This document shows, in pieces, positions 59,336 through 64,000 of a stretch of 64,000 nt of DNA. This DNA is from Thermoplasmata archaeon (GTDB lineage Archaea > Thermoplasmatota > Thermoplasmata > UBA10834). Position 1 is the first letter of the stretch, and every line of letters starts with the position of its first letter. The notes beneath the pieces were generated by a model that did not search any database, was not told the DNA's origin, and was given only the letters and a program-made list of their open reading frames with translations. The stretch spans positions 51,608 to 115,607 of the forward strand of contig JACZKW010000104.1 of assembly GCA_014859835.1 (NCBI GenBank), in the 5' to 3' direction. Made by a program: the position numbers and the translations under genes.

Positions 59336-60265
59336 TCAGTGGGAAAGCTCCGCTCCGGCCCTCATGTTCTTAAGGATGATTGGGACAAGGTCCTTTTTTG
59401 TTGCCCTCAAACCACAGTCCGGGTGGATGTACTCGATGTTCTCCCACCCGATGCAATCGGCTATCTGGCCGAGCTTCGTCTTGACCGTGTCCGTTGAATC
59501 GATTTCCTTCTCGGACAAAGGGGTGACCGAGATGCATCCTGCACCCAGAGTCATCGTGTGGTCTTCGAACGACTTCTGGTCTATGTGCTCGATATTCCTC
59601 TTCTCGGTTTGGCCCGAGAACGCGAAGCTCAGTGTGGACACATTCTCCAGTCCTAGGAGATGGTTCACGATATCGAATCGTCCGATATAGCCGCAGACAT
59701 GCAAGCTGACATGGTTCCGTGGCAACCCTTCTGCGATCCTATCGATCAGAGCCACTCTGGCAGGCAAGTCCTTGAACCCCTGAGAGAGGAAGGGCTCGTC
59801 TATCTGCACATGGGCCCCTCTGTCGATCAATGACTCCGCTATGGGTATGAGGGCTGAGGCGATGTCCTCATAGAGCGTGAAATCAAGGAGCCCGCGGTAA
59901 TGCGACTCGATCTTCCTCGAGGCGCACGTCATACCCAAAGTAGTCGGACCGGTCAGGGCGATCTTGACGGTGGTGTCGGGGAACCTTCTGAGGATGGTGT
60001 CCAGGTCCTTGACCTTCGAGAACTCCTCGGGTCTTCCCCGAAGGCGGATCTTGCCCGATACGACAGGGAGACCGTTCTTCACATCGAGGCCTTGGAACGA
60101 CTCGGCGAAATACGATACCATGTCTGACCGCTGCTCGCCGTCGGTGAGCAGATCCAGGCCCATGCTCTGCTGGAATTCTATCGCATTCACGAGAGCGTCT
60201 TCGATGTCTTCCGCGAATCTTGGAAGACTTCCGATCGTAGTGGTCCTAAGTGGCGCTGGCATCAA
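59336..60265 (-). CDS. metE: cobalamin-independent methionine synthase-like protein (short archaeal MetE-type)
   Basis: It has a UroD/MetE-like TIM barrel with Zn-binding H..C..E..C pattern, and is 309 aa long. Confidence 0.65.
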   Translation of the reverse strand: MMPAPLRTTTIGSLPRFAEDIEDALVNAIEFQQSMGLDLLTDGEQRSDMVSYFAESFQGLDVKNGLPVVSGKIRLRGRPEEFSKVKDLDTILRRFPDTTVKIALTGPTTLGMTCASRKIESHYRGLLDFTLYEDIASALIPIAESLIDRGAHVQIDEPFLSQGFKDLPARVALIDRIAEGLPRNHVSLHVCGYIGRFDIVNHLLGLENVSTLSFAFSGQTEKRNIEHIDQKSFEDHTMTLGAGCISVTPLSEKEIDSTDTVKTKLGQIADCIGWENIEYIHPDCGLRATKKDLVPIILKNMRAGAELSH

Positions 60266-60374
60266 ACGGGTCTAGCAGAATAAGGATATAAGGCATTTTC
60301 CTGACTAGATAAGTCCGGGGTGGACGGATATCGCGGATCGTATCCTTCGCCTGAAGAGTGGCTTCTCCTTTTCG

Positions 60375-61250
60375 ATGGTTATGGCAAGTGAAAGTGTTAT
60401 TGCGGATATCGTCGGTGAGGTATGCGTGAAGATCATAGTCACTTCCTCCGAGGACAATGCTTCGATGAACATCAGATCCAGACTCCTTGAAAGGTCTGGA
60501 TGGTTAGAGGGCGGCATGTTCGAGGAGCACCCGATCCTCCGCAGAGACGATTTCGCGATGGTCCAGGTAGATCGCATACACCTGGACGAGGATAACATCG
60601 ATGATCGGGTTTCGAAAGTTCTAGGATGTGAGACAGAGGTCGTCATATTCGCTTCCAGGCACAAGGCCGCGTCCAAGATACCAACACTGACGGTCCATCC
60701 GATCGGCAATTATTCTTCTGCGGATTTCGGAGGGAAGAGCGGCACTCTGTGCAGGACGCATCCGGGCTTCATGACATCCGCTTTAAGATGCCTCTCGAGG
60801 GAGGCGCAGGGCATGGGATTCGATGTTTCGTTCGAGACCACACACCACGGTCCGCTGCTCCTCACCGCACCTGCGTTTTACATCGAGATAGGAAGCTACG
60901 AGGAACTCTGGGGAAGAGAGGATGCAGCGGAAGCCATAGCGACATCGATACTTTCTGTGTCAGATGATGGATACCCATCCGTCATTGGAGTCGGCGGGGG
61001 GCATTACGCACCGAGATACACGGACATCGCCTTGTCCAGAAAGGTCTCGATAGGCCATATGGCAGCCAACTACGCACTCGATTCGTTGAGCGATGAGATG
61101 ATATTGCAGATGGATCAGAAGAGCGACGATGCGAAGATCGTCTACTTCCACAAGAAGAGCATGTCGAAACCGATCTACAGGGGTCTGAGCGAGAGGTTCG
61201 CTGCGCTCGGGATCAGGGAAGTGAGGAGTGAGGAATTCGAGCCGCTCTGA
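60375..61250 (+). CDS. dtdA: archaeal D-aminoacyl-tRNA deacylase (DtdA)
   Basis: It is collinear with Pyrococcus DTD (…IFASRHK…HPIGN…HHGP…FYIEIGSYEELW…GGGHYAP). Confidence 0.75.
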   Translation: MVMASESVIADIVGEVCVKIIVTSSEDNASMNIRSRLLERSGWLEGGMFEEHPILRRDDFAMVQVDRIHLDEDNIDDRVSKVLGCETEVVIFASRHKAASKIPTLTVHPIGNYSSADFGGKSGTLCRTHPGFMTSALRCLSREAQGMGFDVSFETTHHGPLLLTAPAFYIEIGSYEELWGREDAAEAIATSILSVSDDGYPSVIGVGGGHYAPRYTDIALSRKVSIGHMAANYALDSLSDEMILQMDQKSDDAKIVYFHKKSMSKPIYRGLSERFAALGIREVRSEEFEPL

Positions 61251-61251
61251 A

Positions 61252-61941
61252 TCACTCGACCAACGTACCAGAGAAGCTCGAGCCACATAGCGCGTTCTTC
61301 AGGTTGCCGATATCAGTGCCGTCCACTATGGCCAACTGGATCTTGTTCTTGGCGATTACCTGCGATCCTGCAGGATCGAACACCACATTCGGCCCCGCCC
61401 CAAGGGGATCAGTGCCGACCAACTTGATGAGCGCTTCGTGGGTCATCCTTGGTATCTTCTTTGCGTTGCTGTCCTTCTTCGGGTCCGCAGTGTAAGCGCC
61501 GTCCACCGATGTGGCGTTGACGAGGCGTTTCGCCCCGATACGTTCCGCGAGATATGCCGACACGGCGTCAGTTGTTATCCCGGGGCTCACACCGCCCATG
61601 ACGACTATGCTGTGTTCCATGCTAGCAACTGCAGCCTCGTCGTATGTTCGAGGTGGTTCGGGAGATGCGTGTGCACCGAGCGCGGTTATCAAAAGCCGCG
61701 CGTTCAGCCTGGTCGTCTCGATGCCCATGATGTCGAGAGCCTTCTCGTCAGCACCGAGAGCACGGCCGTTATTGATGTAGAACCGTGCGATCCTTCCTCC
61801 ACCGGTCACGACATACACCTTGTGTTTAGACGAGATTTCGATGAGCATCTTGGACAATTTCTTTATGAAATCCGAGGAGTCTGGATCCCTCACCAGTATC
61901 GATCCGCCAAGGGACAAAACGACTGCATCCATCATGGTCAA
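61252..61941 (-). CDS. pyrH: UMP kinase (archaeal PyrH)
   Basis: It is in the amino-acid-kinase family (LSLGGS…, VTGGG…), and 229 aa long. Confidence 0.85.
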   Translation of the reverse strand: MTMMDAVVLSLGGSILVRDPDSSDFIKKLSKMLIEISSKHKVYVVTGGGRIARFYINNGRALGADEKALDIMGIETTRLNARLLITALGAHASPEPPRTYDEAAVASMEHSIVVMGGVSPGITTDAVSAYLAERIGAKRLVNATSVDGAYTADPKKDSNAKKIPRMTHEALIKLVGTDPLGAGPNVVFDPAGSQVIAKNKIQLAIVDGTDIGNLKNALCGSSFSGTLVE

Positions 61942-61997
61942 CCTTTATAATGACGAACGCTCTAACCTGTACAAAAAGCTTCGGACTGGATTCTCGT

Positions 61998-63224
61998 ATG
62001 ACTGAGCTAACGGAACTGCAGAAATACGAGTTCAGGAGAAGCCTCGAGGAGGTCGAGAAGATCTCCGGCAGAGGCACGGAACTCATATCGCTGTACATAC
62101 CGCCTACGAGGCAGATCTCGGATGTTGCTGCCTACCTGAGGAATGAGTACTCTCAATCCTCGAACATAAAGAGCGCGAGCACGAGAAAGAACGTCCAAGC
62201 GGCCATATCATCAATCCTCTCGAGGTTGAAAGGGCAGCGACAGCCGCCAGGGAACGGCCTCGTCTTCTTCGTGGGGCACAAGTCGACCTCGGCAGACCAG
62301 ACATCGATGGTTCAATACTCTATTGAGCCTCCAGACGTAGTCCAGACTTTCATATACAGATGCGATTCCGGCTTCTTCACCGAACCACTCATTCAGATGC
62401 TGGAGCAGAAGGACTCCTATGGGCTGATAGTCATCGACAGGGGCGAAGCGACGATAGGGCTCCTGCATGGAAAACGGATCATACCGATCAAGAACATACC
62501 GTCACTGGTCCCCAGCAAGCATGGCAGGGGCGGTCAATCCGCCCGAAGGTTCGAACGGTTGATCGAGATAGCGGCTCACGAATTCTACACGAAGGTGGCG
62601 GATGTCGTAAACGAATCGTTTCTGACGAACAAGAATCTGAAGGGAGTGCTCATAGGAGGACCCGGACCAACGAAGGAATATTTCGTCAAGAGCGAGTACC
62701 TTCATTATGAGCTCCAGAACAAGATCATAGACACATTCGACGTCGGGTACACGGACGAGTACGGCCTCAGGGAACTGGTCGAGAAGGCAAGGGATGCTCT
62801 CAAGGGCATTGACCTCATGAGGGAGAAGAACCTGATGCAGCGACTGTTCGAAGAGATCAGGAAGGCGGATGGTGGTCTCTCGATATACGGCGAGGAACAG
62901 GTCAGGAACGCCCTTATGATCGGTGCCGTGGACGCTCTCCTGCTATCAGAGGACATGAGGAGGGTGAGGCTCAAACTCACATGCCCCAGCTGCGGGTTCC
63001 AGAAGGAAGCGATGACCCAGAACTCGTCAGACAATATCAAGTGCGATAAATGCCAGACCGTCATGAGGGCAGATGACGTCGAGGACCTCGTCGAAGAGCT
63101 TCACAAAACGGCGGATGCCAACAATACTAAGGTTGAATTCATATCTGGAGAGTCGGAGGAAGGCGAGCTGTTGAAGAAGGCGTTCGGCGGCATTGCAGGC
63201 ATACTTAGATTCCGGGTGAACTGA
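61998..63224 (+). CDS. prf1: peptide chain release factor aRF1
   Basis: It has the GGQ motif (HGRGGQSARRFER) and an NIKS-like region, and is collinear with aRF1/eRF1. Confidence 0.9.
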   Translation: MTELTELQKYEFRRSLEEVEKISGRGTELISLYIPPTRQISDVAAYLRNEYSQSSNIKSASTRKNVQAAISSILSRLKGQRQPPGNGLVFFVGHKSTSADQTSMVQYSIEPPDVVQTFIYRCDSGFFTEPLIQMLEQKDSYGLIVIDRGEATIGLLHGKRIIPIKNIPSLVPSKHGRGGQSARRFERLIEIAAHEFYTKVADVVNESFLTNKNLKGVLIGGPGPTKEYFVKSEYLHYELQNKIIDTFDVGYTDEYGLRELVEKARDALKGIDLMREKNLMQRLFEEIRKADGGLSIYGEEQVRNALMIGAVDALLLSEDMRRVRLKLTCPSCGFQKEAMTQNSSDNIKCDKCQTVMRADDVEDLVEELHKTADANNTKVEFISGESEEGELLKKAFGGIAGILRFRVN

Positions 63225-63226
63225 GT

Positions 63227-64000
63227 ATGGTTTCAGACACTTTCAGCCGATTCAAATCTGAGGTTTCGACGGTTCTGACAGATGCACTGGCAAAGCTCGG
63301 CGTCGATTCACCGGTAGTGCTCGACATGGCGCCTGAGGGCATGGGAGACCTCGCGTTCCCGTGCTTCCCATTGGCGAAGCAGATGAGGAAAGCGCCCAAC
63401 CTGATCGCCCAGGAGCTGGCATCATCGATCATGGCGGACGACCTTATAGAGAAGGTCGAGGCCAATGGCGGATATGTCAATTTCCATGTCGGATACGACG
63501 GGCTAGCCCAATCAGTCCTCGAGGACGCACTGGCCAGGAAGGACAGGTATGGCGCAGGTGAGCCGAAGAAAGAGAAGATATTGTTGGAACACACGAGCGC
63601 AAATCCTACGGGCCCGCTGCATGTGGGCCGGGCCAGGAACCCGATCATAGGCGATACTCTGGCGCGAGTGATGCGCATGGCGGGGTACGATGTCTCGACC
63701 GAATTCTACGTGAACGATGTCGGTCGACAGGTCGTCGTGATGACCTGGGGCGTGAAGCATCTCAAGCTGGATGATGAGCCCGACAGAGATGCGGACCACT
63801 ACCGTTATGTCCTATACTATCAGAAGGCGAACAAGTGCGCAGAGGAGGATCCAGCCATCCTGAAACAGATGGACGAGATGCTCTACAAGCTCGAGCACGG
63901 GGACGAGGAGACCGTCGCCATAGCGAGAGAGAACTGCGAGCGCGTGCTCCAAGAGATAAAGAAGAGCATGAAGAGATTGAACATCGAATACGATGGGATC
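63227..64000 (+). CDS. argS: arginyl-tRNA synthetase, N-terminal part (3' end outside the window)
   Basis: The HIGH-region variant SANPTGPLHVGRARN typical of ArgRS is present. The ORF runs off the window end, and its start lies 3 nt after the aRF1 stop. Confidence 0.85.
   Translation, partial: MVSDTFSRFKSEVSTVLTDALAKLGVDSPVVLDMAPEGMGDLAFPCFPLAKQMRKAPNLIAQELASSIMADDLIEKVEANGGYVNFHVGYDGLAQSVLEDALARKDRYGAGEPKKEKILLEHTSANPTGPLHVGRARNPIIGDTLARVMRMAGYDVSTEFYVNDVGRQVVVMTWGVKHLKLDDEPDRDADHYRYVLYYQKANKCAEEDPAILKQMDEMLYKLEHGDEETVAIARENCERVLQEIKKSMKRLNIEYDGI

Noticed and set aside
1-64000. CRISPR arrays, transposases, integrases and prophage genes
   Set aside because: No regularly spaced short repeats were seen, and no DDE/tyrosine-recombinase-like ORFs. 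The only repeats found are the intragenic TSP3-coding tandem repeats and the 18-nt direct repeat near tRNA-Pro.

Overview
This 64 kb window reads as a gene-dense chromosomal segment from a euryarchaeon (Thermoplasmata-like), with GC around 55 %. Archaeal-type markers include thermosome, PAN, Hef, MBF1, archease, GfcR, aRF1, RpoL/RpoN, eL18, archaeal DtdA, PheS and TrpRS. Most of the content is housekeeping:
- a thermosome–GrpE–DnaK–DnaJ chaperone cluster;
- the L18e–L13–S9–RpoN operon, followed by a tRNA-Pro(GGG);
- several aminoacyl-tRNA synthetases (TrpRS, PheS, ArgRS);
- PGK, FolP, PyrH and a MetE-like methionine synthase.

The standout feature is a compact minus-strand operon at about 43.6–45.9 kb. 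It encodes a ThiF/MoeB-type E1-like enzyme, a small ubiquitin-fold protein ending in a Gly-Gly, a UBC-fold E2-like enzyme carrying the HPN…C active-site signature, and a JAMM/MPN+ isopeptidase. This is a eukaryote-like ubiquitylation cassette, apparently with no E3. The β1–β2 hairpin of its ubiquitin-like protein lies upstream of the only ATG, which suggests a non-canonical start, a frameshift or an indel.

Other points worth a second look:
- a decayed DNA-repair corner: an N-terminally truncated endonuclease V, next to an HhH-GPD glycosylase gene that carries an in-frame TGA and a frameshift;
- a full-length MttB-superfamily methyltransferase with no in-frame amber (pyrrolysine) codon;
- a wHTH–NB-ARC–TPR STAND ATPase;
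- an orphan V4R–PAS histidine kinase;
- a surface protein with thrombospondin-type-3 Ca-binding repeats plus three tandem ~100-aa domains;
- a CBS-domain protein with a ribosome-hibernation-factor-like C-terminus;
- a 230-bp non-coding region beside the tRNA containing an 18-nt direct repeat and an orphan tRNA-like T-arm.

No CRISPR array, transposase or integrase was seen.
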